Source of the DNA: the human T2T-CHM13v2.0 reference genome, Homo sapiens
Reading direction: 5' to 3' (one strand)
NCBI RefSeq assembly: GCF_009914755.1
Contig: NC_060933.1
DNA: 64,000 nucleotides
How positions within the stretch are numbered: position 1 is the stretch's first letter; each line of letters starts with the position of its first letter. Under the pieces are notes generated by a model. That model had not been told where the DNA came from, did no database searches, and saw nothing but the letters and a program-made list of their open reading frames with translations. Both the position numbers and the translations under genes were made by a program. Of the stretch, positions 1 to 13,043 are shown one piece after another.

Positions 1-490
1 TAGAGAGCCTTCCCAGTGATAATTTGGTCTCTGAGCTCATAGCTTTAGGCTTGATTTCTCTGACGTTCATCGTCTCTGGGTTGAAAAGGATGATTAAGAA
101 GCCCTTTACTGGACAGTACGTCAAGTAAAAAGAAGTGAAACTATTTGCTTTTAAAGAAAGGTTTATTTATGTTGACCAGCAGTTTTAATCATTTTGTCAT
201 GGACTTCACAGGACACCTGTGAAGGTCACCTCACTGCTCCGTTGCTCACCGTCCTCTCAGACCTCCTGGGAATTGACCGATGCTCAGGCCTCTGTCCCCG
301 GCCTTGCTTGCTCCCCTAGGGTGTGTCTGCCCTGGTCAGCCGCCTCACTGGGCCTGGGGCGGCCATGGCCAGGCCACACAGAAACACAGAAGGAACCTCA
401 GAGTTAGAGCAGGGTGGTAAAGGGAAGAGCGTGCCTTGCCGAGTTAGTTCTGACAGAGGGACCTGCCTGTTCAATTCCGCAGGAGACTAG

Positions 491-832
<342 letters not shown>

Positions 833-2399
833 TAAAATCATACCACGTTCGCGGTTCTTCCAGTGTAAGAGTTCCGTAGTGCTGTGAATCGGGCACAGAG
901 TCAGCTTTTCTGCCCCCGAGTCCTGCAGGTGGATCAGTGCTTCCCGCTGTTTCTTCCGGCATTTACCACGGCCTTTGAGAAGAGCATGCCGCCATTTGGC
1001 TGTTTCTTGATTTGCTTTCTTTGGTTTTGGTTTTGGTTCTTCACACTCATGACGTCCCTCTGGGGGAGCCAAGCACTCGCAGAGGCACGGACGCCCCTCC
1101 CCCAGCCCCGTTGACTGGCTCCCATTTTGTTTAGATCAGATCGTGTGAGCATTTTCAAGCTGAACCACGTCGTCTACAGGGTATGTTGTGTCTGTCGTTA
1201 ATCACTGGCTTGTGTTTCTGTTGGTTGAGTTGACTCTGCCACCTGCTAATTTATTCTGAACCATCTGAACGCTGCCCGCTTGTCTCTGGGTTCAGACACA
1301 CGACGCTGTTTGTCCCCCTGTGACGCCCCTTCCCTGATCCCGGTGTTGGATCCCCTGTTTCTCAAGTGCCAGGTTTGAGTCTGGTGCAGTCTGACTTCTG
1401 ATCCTTTGTGTGTGACCTATTATTTCTGGAGACTTTAGGAACTTTCCTTGAACCCCACTGGTCTGAAGTTGTACCTCATTGTAATGTGGGTCTTTTTAGA
1501 TCCACTGGGGCATTTGGTGCATGTGCTGTGCCCTTTCAGTGCAGAAATCCACACCTGTCAGTTCTAGGAGGATTTCCTGTGTGACTTCTGTGCCCAGGTC
1601 TTCTACCTGTCTCAGCTCTGTCCTGGGACTCTCATAACTCAGGTGTGGAACCTTCCAGACCGATTTCCTGCCGTGGTCTGTTTTCTTGTCTTTTGGTTCT
1701 GCCTTCTAGGCAGCATTCTCACCTTCAGCTTCCAGCTCCTGGGGGATTCTTAACATGTGTGGTCACATTTTCAAATCCCAGTAATTCCTTTCTGCTCTTA
1801 GATAGTTCCTCTTTCAGTAGCCTCTTTTTCTTCCCTTATTTCTCTGATGGTATTATGGTTATTTTGAAGTTTTATGCTGCTGTGTTTTAGTTTTTCTTAT
1901 CTAAAGGTTTTCCTCAAATGCCCAGTGATTCTCGTTTATATTTAAAGTAAACTACTGAAAAGCTGGTGGTAGCTCTTGCTTGCCGGGGGCTTGTCAGCTG
2001 TAGGGTGATCTGCAGGCCTGGCTGTTTTGTTGGGGCCCCCAGGCCCCACTGTCTGGGAAGGACCTGTCTTCTCGGACTGCACCTGTCTCTGCCTTTCTTA
2101 GGGCCAAGAAGGAGAGAGCGACGGGGCGCACCGTCTGCTGTGCCCACACTCACCCGCTGTCCAGCTGCCTCAGTCTGTCCCCCGTTTCCGGAGTCATAAC
2201 TGATGGTGTTTTGTTACTATTTGCCTGGAATGATTTTTCCCTCCTTTTATTCTGACCTTTTCCCTCGTTTTTGGATATATGTATTTTAAACGTAGAACTT
2301 GATTTTTATAAATTTAGTCTAACAGTCTTGGTATTTTAATAGGAACTTTTAGTCCTTTATTTATACCTAATGTCTTATATTGTAGTTTTAATTTCTAGC

Positions 2400-2772
2400 T
2401 GTCTTAGTCCATTTTCTCTAGCTATAAGAGAATACTTGAGACCGGGTCATTTATAAAGAAAAGAAATTTATTTCTCACAGTTCTGCAGGCTGGGAAGCCC
2501 AAGGTCGAGGGGCTGCCTTTGGTGACTTATGGTGAGGACCTCGTGCTGTTCCCGAACACAGCCAGGAACCACGCCAAGAGGAAGATGCTCCAGCACAGCC
2601 TTGCTGTGGACCAGGCCGCCCACAGGGAGCAGGTCCATTCCTGGGGGCTGACTCCGCCTTTCAGAGAGGCGTGGCTCCATCTTCACAGCCTCGTAGCCTC
2701 TTAAAGGCCCAGCCTCAAAACCTCATTGGGGCCCCCAGCCCCGGTAAATAAATTGCATTCAGACCATAGTGC
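2400..2772 (-). mobile_element. MaLR solo LTR (MST/MLT1A-like), antisense
   Basis: Starts tgtcttagtccatt, contains tttatttctcacagttctgcaggctgggaag, ends attcagaccatag, typical of a reverse-complement MaLR LTR. Confidence 0.8.
2481..2525 (+). CDS. EHMT1: Alternative terminal exon of a short EHMT1 isoform (LTR-derived)
   Basis: tttatttctcacag|TTC TGC AGG..., in phase with exon 666-772, gives FCRLGSPRSRGCLW-stop; AATAAA at 2747-2752. Resembles the C-terminus I recall for a short EHMT1 isoform. Confidence 0.75.
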   Translation, partial: FCRLGSPRSRGCLW

Positions 2773-2790
2773 CAGCCTTTTGAAGCCAAT

Positions 2791-2962
2791 ACTTTTTTGG
2801 TCGTTCGTGCATCTTTTGAATTGGTTTTATTTCGATTTTGCCGTTTCTCTTCTCTCTGGAAGTTACAGACTTTCCACTTTTTGGTCGTTCTTGCGTCTTT
2901 TGAATTGGTTTTATTTTGATTTTGCCATTTCTCTTCTCTCTGTTAGTTACAAACTTTCCAGT
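2791..2962. repeat. Two-copy tandem duplication, about 85 bp
   Basis: actttt(t)tggtcgttc...ttttgaattggttttattt...gttaca(g/a)actttcca occurs twice. Confidence 0.85.
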
Positions 2963-3735
2963 TTTTGCCCCAGTGGTTCCTGTCAGTCTCACATGCAGAC
3001 TTGACTTACCAAGGTCAAGACTGAATGAGATGATGATGGGGGAGCCAAGCCCTGGCAGGGGGGTGAGGGAGGGAGCAGCTGAGTGAACTGGGGTCCAGTA
3101 AGCCAGGGGTTTGTGGGGGGCTCCTGGAGGCTGAGAGGAAAGTGTGCCGTGAGAAGCGCTGAGCCGAGGTAGGCACTGGGGGCACTGGGGGCCAGCTCCA
3201 TGCAGGAGGAGCCACGGAGGCTGCTGGGTATGTCAGGGAGAAGCAGAAAAGGATTCAGAGACAGTGGGGTGGCCTCAAGACGAGTCATGTGGGCTGTGGT
3301 TCATGGTGAGACCATGAGGGAAGTGGCTGATCTGGTGGGAACAGGCTTGTGGGAGGGGGTGAGGTCAGGGAGTGGGGGGTGGTCGTCCAGACACAGGCAG
3401 AGCTGGAGTGAGGGCTGGGCTGTTCAGGGCAGGAGTGATGCCAGGACGTTCATAGGTGGGGCTCTGAGGAAGAGGAAGAGCGTGGTCTGGAAGAGGCAGG
3501 AGCTGGTGTTGTGGGGCTCGAGAGCAGATGCTGGTGGAGGGCCAGGCATTCGGCTGGGAGGCCCTCTCCTCTCCTGGGAGGCCTAGTGAAGGGTGTGGCA
3601 TGATTCTGTTCTGTTGCGGATGGACCTGAATGGGGATGAGTGTGCAGAGCCACGTGGGGGAATGGACCAGACAGGAACAAGGGCTGTATGAGTGCTACCC
3701 CGATGGCCCCAGGAGCTGGGCAAGGCCATGAATGT

Positions 3736-3846
3736 GGGTGCGCTGAGCCCGTGAGGGTGGGGTGCGCTGAGCCCGTGAGGGTGGGCCGTGCTGAGCCCCT
3801 CAGGGTGGGGTGTGCTGAGCCCGTGAGGGTGGGCCGTGCTGAGCCC
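3736..3846. repeat. 24-bp minisatellite (about 4.5 copies)
   Basis: Repeats of gctgagcccgtgagggtgggccgt. Confidence 0.85.
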
Positions 3847-4882
3847 ATTCTCCATGTCCACTGCTGGCTGTGGAGGCTTCTTGAAGACATTCCTCCTGTG
3901 CCTGGAATTCCAGGTTGCTGGTGGTTTTCCTCAGGTCATGTAAGGAATGATGCCACTGTCTTCTGACTTCCATTCTTCCTTTTGAGAATTTAGCTCGTCA
4001 CTCCTTTGAAAGACACTGGGTTCTCTTTGGCTTTCTTTTTTAAATATTAAAATTAAAACCCAAAAACATATGGTTGCATCATGCATACAGAAAGGTCCTT
4101 AAAATGTAAACATCTGGTTAACAAATCATCCTACTCTGGCCCTGACATTCGCACCCCCGTGAGACACAGCGTTGCTGGCTCCCTGGACACCTGGTGGACG
4201 CCTGGGTGCCCTCCCCGGGAACAGCAGCCGTTTTGGTCTCACCGCCCTGCAAGTGCCTCGCATAGCAGGGTTCCGTTTGTTTGCTTTTAACCTTTATGCT
4301 AACTGAGTTGTCCAGCGTGAGTTCCTTTGTGTCTGCTTCCGTCAGTCAGGAAAACAAGGGAGTGTAGAAAAGGGACATGGCTGTGGGGCTGAGTGGCCTG
4401 GCCCTGCCAGGGCTCCCTGCTGACTGCCTGTGCTCTGTGCTTGTCTGAAACGTCATCTTTGGGGAGGCCGAGTGAGGGGAGTACAGAGCTCTTCGTTCTG
4501 TTTTACAGCCTCTTGTGAGTTTAGTGCCGTGAAATAACATGATGTATTGGGAGGAAATCATTATGTCCCTTGGTGCTGCTGTCCATGCAGTGCCCGGGGT
4601 CTGACCAGTCTGGAACTTCGGGTTAAATTCCTAGCCTGATGTTTAATTTGATAACCCGTCCTGCAGAACTTACTGTTGCTGGTCTTAGAGGGATTTCTAT
4701 TTTTTCTTCCCCTTAGAATCTAAGCGGTTTTCCTGAGATTCTCCAGGAAGAGAGAGAGATTGGCTTTATCTCTAGTTTGCCCTGAATCCAAGGGTGCTGT
4801 TTCTCAGGGTTTCAGCATCTGCAGGGGTGTCTCACATCTCACACACACTCTTTGGGCAGGCTCTGGCCACACCAGTGAGGGC

Positions 4883-5157
4883 CTGTGGTGTCATCTCCCC
4901 CGGGCTCTGGTCTTGGTCGTGTGGAGTCATCTCTCCCGGGCTCCGGTCTTGGTCGTGTGGAGTCATCTCTCCCGGGCTCTGGTCTTGGTTGTGTGGAGTC
5001 ATCTCCCTCCAGCTCCAGTCTTGGTCGTGTGGCGTCATCTCTCCCTCCGGCTCCGGTCTTGGTCTCATGTGGTGTCATCTCCCCTGGGCTCCCATCTTGG
5101 CCGTGTGGCCTCATCTCTCCCGGGCTCCCGTCTTGGTCATGTGGAGTCATCTCCCCT
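4883..5157. repeat. About 36-bp minisatellite (about 8 copies)
   Basis: Repeats of gtggagtcatctctcccgggctccggtcttggtcgt. Confidence 0.85.
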
Positions 5158-5689
5158 GTGCACAGACAGAGAAATCCATTGTGCAAAAAGTGCTTCCCTG
5201 GCAGCCGACCTGGAGTCCACCCCAGCCTTTCGCCGGTGCTGGGGACATCAGCGTTCTGGCTCCCAGGCTGGGGAGTGGCTCCGAGGATCGGTCACGGAGC
5301 CTCCTGGGTGTCCGAGCTGCCTCAAGCGCCCCGGGGTCTTTTCTGACTTGATCTGTGTTTTTGTCCCTGCGGAGGAGTCGGGAGCTGTGCCTCCATCTGC
5401 TGCAGCTCTGGGGTGCTGCTGCCCTCTCTCACCTGCTGCCCTTCGGTGTCCTGGTCCCTCGTGTTGCAAGATTTCATGCCGTGTCTGCAGTTTCTGGAGA
5501 GCACTGAGCGAGGTGCCACACGCTGCCATCCGAACTCACCACAGACACTCATGTTTTCATCGGTCTGCTCTTCTGTCATCTCTCATTAAAAAAAAATGTT
5601 GTAAATTCCTTTACTGTTATCTCCCCCACGCCCCTACCAAGACCACGTAGGGTCCAGTCTTGATTCCCTAACCCCTTTTCCTGAAAAGG

Positions 5690-7070
5690 TACTACCTCCT
5701 TCCCAGGCTGCATCTGCCATTCGGTGACGGCTGGTGACGGATGGATGGGTAGTGGGCTGAGAAGAGGGGACTAGGAAGGGCTATTCCAGGCTCAGCCCTG
5801 CCTCCCACAGCCTTGCCTCTGGGTGTAGGGGAAACAGAGGCATGACTGACCAGGGCCAGGGCCGTGCCCAGCTCGGCCACGGCCACACGTGGGGTAGTTA
5901 GTAAACACCATGGACTCCCAGCAAGGCTGCTGCCTGGTGTTTCGAGGCTGCTGTGGTCGCAGACAACCGCCTCGCCTTGGCTCCCTGGCAACAAGCTGGG
6001 GGTGGAAGCGGGAGGGAGGAGGGGCCTGTCTTAAGAGCCTCACAGGCTGCACCGGGAGAGCAGCCCGCCTGGGCCAGGGGCCGCCAGGTCCCCAGGGTGC
6101 CACCGAAACATCGTAGATGCTTTTGTTGGGTGACACACCCTGGAAGAGGGCGTCTAGATCCCAGCCCTGGGGGCCCTCAGGTTTCAGGGGCCACCCCCCA
6201 GTAGGCAGAGCTGGTTGACGGTGGACATTGGGGATAGGAGGTGGGTGGGGGTGCCAAGGGCATTACCACATTGGGAGTGTAGATTGGCAAGTAGGAGGTG
6301 GGCAGCTGCCCCCAGAGGGAGGCCCTGTGTCCCCCACTGGACAGCCCCCCAGGAACTGAGGTGCCCTGCAGTAAGTGGAGAGGCCAGGCCCTAGGCTCCG
6401 GGAAGAGGGTTGAGGGCCTGATGGCTCCCGCTGGCAAAGTCTCCCCCTCCACTCTCGTGGGGCCAGGAAGGGGGCAGAGGGGCCACAGAGGCCTCTCAGA
6501 GGAGGGCAGGGGTGGGGTGGTCACTGCCTCCTCCCCACTGCACCCCGTACCTGCCTGCAGAAGCTGGGCTGCTCTGTGGCACCAGCCCTGGCCAGGATGC
6601 TCCTCCCTGGAGTCCCCTAGCAGGGACTGCATGCTGAAGCCATTGCTGGGCGGTGGCAGATGACCGAGCGGCTGGTAGGACTGGCATGCAGCACTCAGGG
6701 GGCCCAGGACGTTGGCGAAGGCTCCACCCGCACCGCCTTCTGCCAGCGCCTCAGCCGGGGTGATGCTCACGCAGGTGTAAGGAGGTTGCAGGTTTAGGGA
6801 TCTTGTAGGTGAAAGGAGGTTGCAGGCGTACGGAGGTTGCAGGTGTAGGGAGATTGCAGGTGTAGGGAAGTTGCAGGTGTAGGGGTCCTTGCAGGTGCAG
6901 GGATCTTGTAGGTGAAGGGAGGTTGCAGGTGTAGGGGGCCTTGCGGGCTTAGGGGGCCTCACAGGTGTAGGGGATTGCCGTGCTGCAGGTGTCTCTTGTC
7001 CCCTCGGGGACTGGGAGAGCGACTGTGCCTCTGGGCCTGCAGGCGGGAGTCGCTGCGGGCCCAATGCCTG
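5690..7070 (-). pseudogene. FOXH1-derived pseudogene (forkhead domain deleted), antisense in EHMT1 intron
   Basis: Minus-strand translation matches FOXH1: [86 protein letters not shown]-stop (6040-6042). Start ATG>ATT at 7063-7065, TGA at 6177-6179, frameshifts, and 3' UTR-like sequence down to about 5700. Confidence 0.92.
6770..6975. repeat. 17-18 bp degenerate tandem repeat inside the FOXH1 copy (about 12 units)
   Basis: Units TGCAGGTGTAGGGAGGT and variants. Confidence 0.85.
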
Positions 7071-7830
7071 GGAGGCGGACCGCGATGGGTAGCCGTTGGC
7101 GGGGAGTGCTCGCGAGCCTGGGAAGGGCGCCGTCCGTCAGAGCCTCGCGGAGGGTGAGCGGCCGGCGGCTTCGACCTTGGAGTCCCAGGCTGTGTGGGAC
7201 TTGGTCAGTGTCAGCCGCTCCGCTTGCGGTGAGGGTTTGGGGAGCGCGTGGGAGGTGGGTCCTGCTCCGCGTCTGCGTGGGGTCCAGGATGCAGCTGGAT
7301 GGGGGGCGCGACCTGTTTCTTGGCGCTGGCAGGTCTGTTTGGAAATGCCGCCGCGCGGGTGTCGCTCTGACTCTTCCTTTTGCTCCGCTGCTTCCCTCCA
7401 CTCTTAGAGCTTTCTTGGACTTTGTCTCAGTGCCCTGTGTTCTCATGGGCGGGGTCATTTCCTTCTGCTTACCCGGGTCCTGGGCGCGGTGTGGGTCTGA
7501 GGGCAACGCCCTGGGGAGCCGCAGCCTCCCGTTTCCTGTGGGCCGCCGAGAGCTGCCCGAGCCCTCCTCCCCGGGGAAGGACACCCATCGTCCCCTATGC
7601 TCCGCCCGAAGCCGTCAGCCCCTCCTGCCCTTGCACACTCGGGTCTGTCTGCGCTTCCGCCTGCGCTGCCGGCCTGGTGCTGGCGCAGGGGCGTTCGGTG
7701 CCACCCTCTCCATTGTGGGCGCACCCTCTCTTCTTTCACCAGGATTTTTGGGGTCTGGGGGAGCAGCCTCTGTGTGCTGAGCGTGCGGGCAGAGCCACAG
7801 CTCCTCTGCACAGCACGGGCCTCGCTCTCT
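7040..7830. promoter_or_regulatory. Intronic CpG-rich region immediately 5' of the FOXH1 copy (candidate antisense promoter)
   Basis: High CpG density (cgcgatgg, ctcgcgagcc, gccgccgcgcggg) compared with the flanks. Confidence 0.5.
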
Positions 7831-8099
7831 ACCTCGTTTTGTGTTTTTTTAAGCTTACTATTTGTTAAAAATTAGCTGTCGTAGACTTCTGACGCTACTT
7901 TACCTTCAGGTTTGGCAGCCGGACCTTGGCTTTGAGCTTTGGTGTTTGAAGTCAGCCATGGGTCACTGTGCGCCTCCAGGCCTCAGCCTTCTGACCTCTG
8001 ACCCTTGGTCTGTGGACCCTGCGTTCTCTTTGGGGAAGCCCAGCTCCTTCCGGTCAAAGTCTCCTGAGCCTCTCACTTGCCCCTCTGTTTTGTGGTTTT

Positions 8100-8447
<348 letters not shown>

Positions 8448-9222
8448 TAGACCATTCTAGGGCTGTTTAAACATTCCTTATTTAATTGTGTTACTTTTGG
8501 TTTTTAATTACTAATAGTAAAAACAATACTATTTTCAACGTTTTTTCATAATGTTTATGTTATAAATTAAATACTAGGTCTTTGTCATCTAAGAAGTTTT
8601 TCCTCATGGAGAAAAGGTTTCAACAGCCAAACAGCTGATTGGCTTTTAGCACACAACCAATTTTAAAGTCGAGGGCTTCTTAAGTTTCAGACCAAGAAAA
8701 ATTTACCTGCCAGTTAATTGGTCTTTCAAGTTTCTCCGTTTGTTTGGAAAAATGGAAACTGTTCCGGAATGCATGCTACTGGAAATCAGGATTTTCCACT
8801 TATTTTGGCGAGTACTAAATCAGTGAGAGGATGCTGTGTGGCCTGGCAGGGTGAACCGGCACCTCCCTCCTGCCTCCTCTCTGCTGAGGGGCCCCTCCCT
8901 CCCCCTTCTTTGTCTGCTTTAGAAGGTTGTCACTGTCCTCCTCATTTCTAAAGGTGTTGTCACACTCCTGAGCTATAAACATTTACTATCAAATTACCTT
9001 AGAAGTGGAATGAAATCTAGCAGAAATATTCTGCTTAGACTAAAGGTTTGATAATAATAGAATAATTATGTCTTTGAATACGTGTTTAGAAAACTCAGAC
9101 ATTGTTGGTCACTGAAACAGTGCAGCTCTCTTTTTTTGAGTGTGGAAGCTTGTAAGTCACTTCTCCCCAGGCGGTGGCTACCGTCACAGCCCTCCCATAC
9201 ACCTGAACTGTTGTTTCACTAG

Positions 9223-9384
<162 letters not shown>

Positions 9385-10112
9385 TAGACGTTTCTCAGAA
9401 AGCTGAGCAAGGGACATCCTTACTGACATCTCCAGGACTTGGGGCCTTCACACACTGACCCAGTTGTCCAGAAATAGTTCCTTCATCTCACTTTGGTTAC
9501 CTGGTTTATTATTAAAAACTACTAGTGAGTGCTCACTCTCTACAGAGCCTGACAACAGACAGGTGAGCGAATGACGGGTTTGCTGTGCAGAAGGTGTTCG
9601 CCTTACAGTACATCGTCTCACCCTGTCTTCAGCCCAGAGCAATTAGGCAAGAAAAAGAAATCAAAGGCGTTCACATTGGAAAGGAAGAAGTAAAACTGCC
9701 TCTGTTCACAGATGACATGTTTTTATATGTAGAAAATCCTAAAGAATATGCAAAAATATTGTAAGCTAACAAAACCAATTCAGCAAAACAGGATAAAAAA
9801 TTAACACAAAAAAATCAGTTGCATTTCTATATACTTTGAATGAAGTATTCAAAAAAGAAATTAAGAAAACGGTTTCATTTACAGTAGCATCAAAAAGAAT
9901 AAAATACTTAGGAGTGAGTTTAACCAAGAAGACAAAAGACTTGTGTTTGTTAGTTGAAAACTAACAAACATTGCTGAAGGAAATTAAAGAAGACCTGAAT
10001 AAATAGAAAGACATCCCATGTTCACAGATGAGAAGACTGAATGTGGTTAAAATGGCAGGTGCCACCCAACAGCCTGTAGAGTCCATGGAGTCCTTACTAA
10101 AATCCTAACAGC

Positions 10113-10408
<296 letters not shown>

Positions 10409-10763
10409 TAACAGCTTTTTTTTTTACAGATACAGAAAACTTCTAAAGTTTATACGGAGTCTCAAGAGACCCAGAGAAGCCAAACAATTTTGTGAAAGAA
10501 CAGAGTTGGAGAACTCACACTTGCTGATTTCAAAACTTACTATATACGGCCACAGTAATGAAAACAGTGTGGGACTGGCATAAAGACAGAAATAGAGACC
10601 AATGGAATAAAATAAAAAGCCCAGAAATAAACGATTGCATATATGGTCACTGATTTTTGGCAAAGGTTACAAAGACCATTCAATGGGGAAAAGACTGTCT
10701 TTTCAACAGATGGTGCTGAGACAGCTGGATATCCACATCCAGAAGCGTGAGGTTGGACCCTCA

Positions 10764-11090
<327 letters not shown>

Positions 11091-11256
11091 AAAACGTATG
11101 TGGATGAAAGGCCCGTACTTAAGAGCTAAAACCAGAACACTCTTTGAAGAAGACATGGGGGGAAAGCTTTATGACACTGGATTTGACAATGATTTCTTGG
11201 ATATGATACAAAAGCATGATCAAAGAAATAGACAAACTTGATTAAAATTAAAAACG

Positions 11257-11445
11257 TTTGGCCCTGGGAAATGATGTGCAGCCGGAAAGACAGCCACCCC
11301 CTTGCCTGTCACGCACTCACGTTCGTAGGGAACCTGGCACTAAACCGTCCGTAGATGACCCGCTTCTGGGTTGGGGTTTCATGCGCGGCAAAGCAGCTCC
11401 CTCAGTACGATCTGTTGAAAGTCAGCCCCCGATCCAAGGGTTTGT
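11257..11445 (+). pseudogene. 28S (LSU) rRNA 3'-terminal fragment (retro-inserted, non-functional)
   Basis: gtcacgcactcacgttcgtagggaacctggcactaaacc...gatctgttgaaagtcagccc..gatccaagggtttgt resembles the extreme 3' end of human 28S rRNA, followed by an A-rich tail. Confidence 0.9.
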
Positions 11446-12740
11446 AGAGATAATAAAAGGTTTTAAAATGGGGAAAAATAAGTAAACTTTTGTACATCAA
11501 AGATCATGACCAATAGCGTGAAAAGACCACCTACAGAATGAGGAAATGTATTTGCAAATTATCTGATAAGAGGTTTTTATGCAGAATATATAAAGAGGTT
11601 GTACATCTCAACAACAACAGAAAATTAAACCACCCAATTCAGAAATGGGCAAAGAAGGGGCTTGAGTAGCCATCTCTCTAATGAAGGCCCACAAGGGCCA
11701 TTTCCCACATGAAAAGGTGTCCAGCATCACCAGCCACCAGGGAAGCCAAATCAGAGCCACAGGTGAGACGCACCTCAGAGGATGTGGCAATATCGGAACT
11801 CTCACGCGTTGCTAGTGGGGATGTAAACGCTGCAGCCATTGTGGAAACCAGTCTGGTGGTTCCTCAGATCGCTAAGCATAGGATTACGCTGTGATCTGTA
11901 GCAACTCCACTCCTAAGTGTATGCCACAGGCATGCAAACCAGGAACACAAAGAGATCTTCATACAACAGTGTTTACTGCAGCATTGTTCACAGTAGCTGA
12001 AGGACAGAAACAACCCAGATGTCTCAGCAGATGCCTGCGTCAGCACATTCAGTCCATCCATACGATGGGATGTTACTCAGCCATAAAAAGTAATGAAATT
12101 TTGACCTATGAACAGCATGGATGGACCTCGAGGACATTCTGCTGAGGGAAAGAAGCCAGGCACAAGGACAAATCCTGTACGATGTGACCGATAGAAGCCA
12201 TCGAGAGTAGGGAGATTCATAGAGACAGAAAGTAGACTGGAGATTCCCTGGGGCTGGGGGATGGTATTTTGCCTCATGATTGTAGAGCTTTGTTTTGGGT
12301 AATGAAAAAGTTTTGGAAATAGTGGTGATTGTGAATGTGTTTAATGCCACAAAACTGTATAAAATGTTTTAAATGGCAAGTTTGGTTATATATTACCATA
12401 ACAACATTTAAATTCTTAGTCTTTCATATTAATACACATTTTTCCAACAACAAAGTGATCACACTCCTCATAGTAATTCAACTCCTGCCTCATGTCACAT
12501 TAAACTTTCACTGTTTTCTCATTAAATATTATTCTTTGAAACACCTAAATGGCTGTATCAATTTATGATATAATTTTACCATTTTTAGTCAAATTTGAAT
12601 ATTTAATATTTATCTTATTTTCAATTTTTATTATAAACAATGTTTCAGTAAACATTTTTATAGTTAAATATTTGCACATTAGGCTTCTTTAGGACAGATT
12701 TCTGGCTGTAGAATTGCTAGATCAAAGTAGGCAAACATTT

Positions 12741-13043
12741 GGCCAGGTTCAGTGGCTTGCTTCTGTAATGCTAGTGCTTTGGGAGGCTGAGGCAGAAGGA
12801 TGGCCTGAGGTGAGGAGTTTGAGATCAGCCTGGACAGCATAGTGAGACCCCATCTCTATAAGAAATGAAAAATTAGCTGGGCGTGGTGGCACGTGCCTGT
12901 AGTCATAGCCCCTTGGGAGGCTGAGGCAGGAGCATCACCTGAGCACAGGAGTTTGAGGCTACAGTGAGCTGGATTAGCACCACTGCACTTTAGCCCGGGC
13001 GACAGAGTGAGACCCCATCTCTAAGAAAAAAAAAAAAAAAAAG
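12741..13043 (+). mobile_element. Alu (AluJ-like), sense
   Basis: Diverged Alu with poly-A tail. Confidence 0.9.

Noticed and set aside
4760-5650. 296-aa ORF
   Set aside because: Spans the 36-bp minisatellite and low-complexity sequence, with no recognisable homology.
6040-7065. Intact FOXH1 paralogue
   Set aside because: Start codon lost, forkhead domain deleted, frameshifts and a premature stop.
11257-11445. Functional rRNA gene
   Set aside because: Only about 190 diverged nucleotides with an A-rich tail inside an L1.
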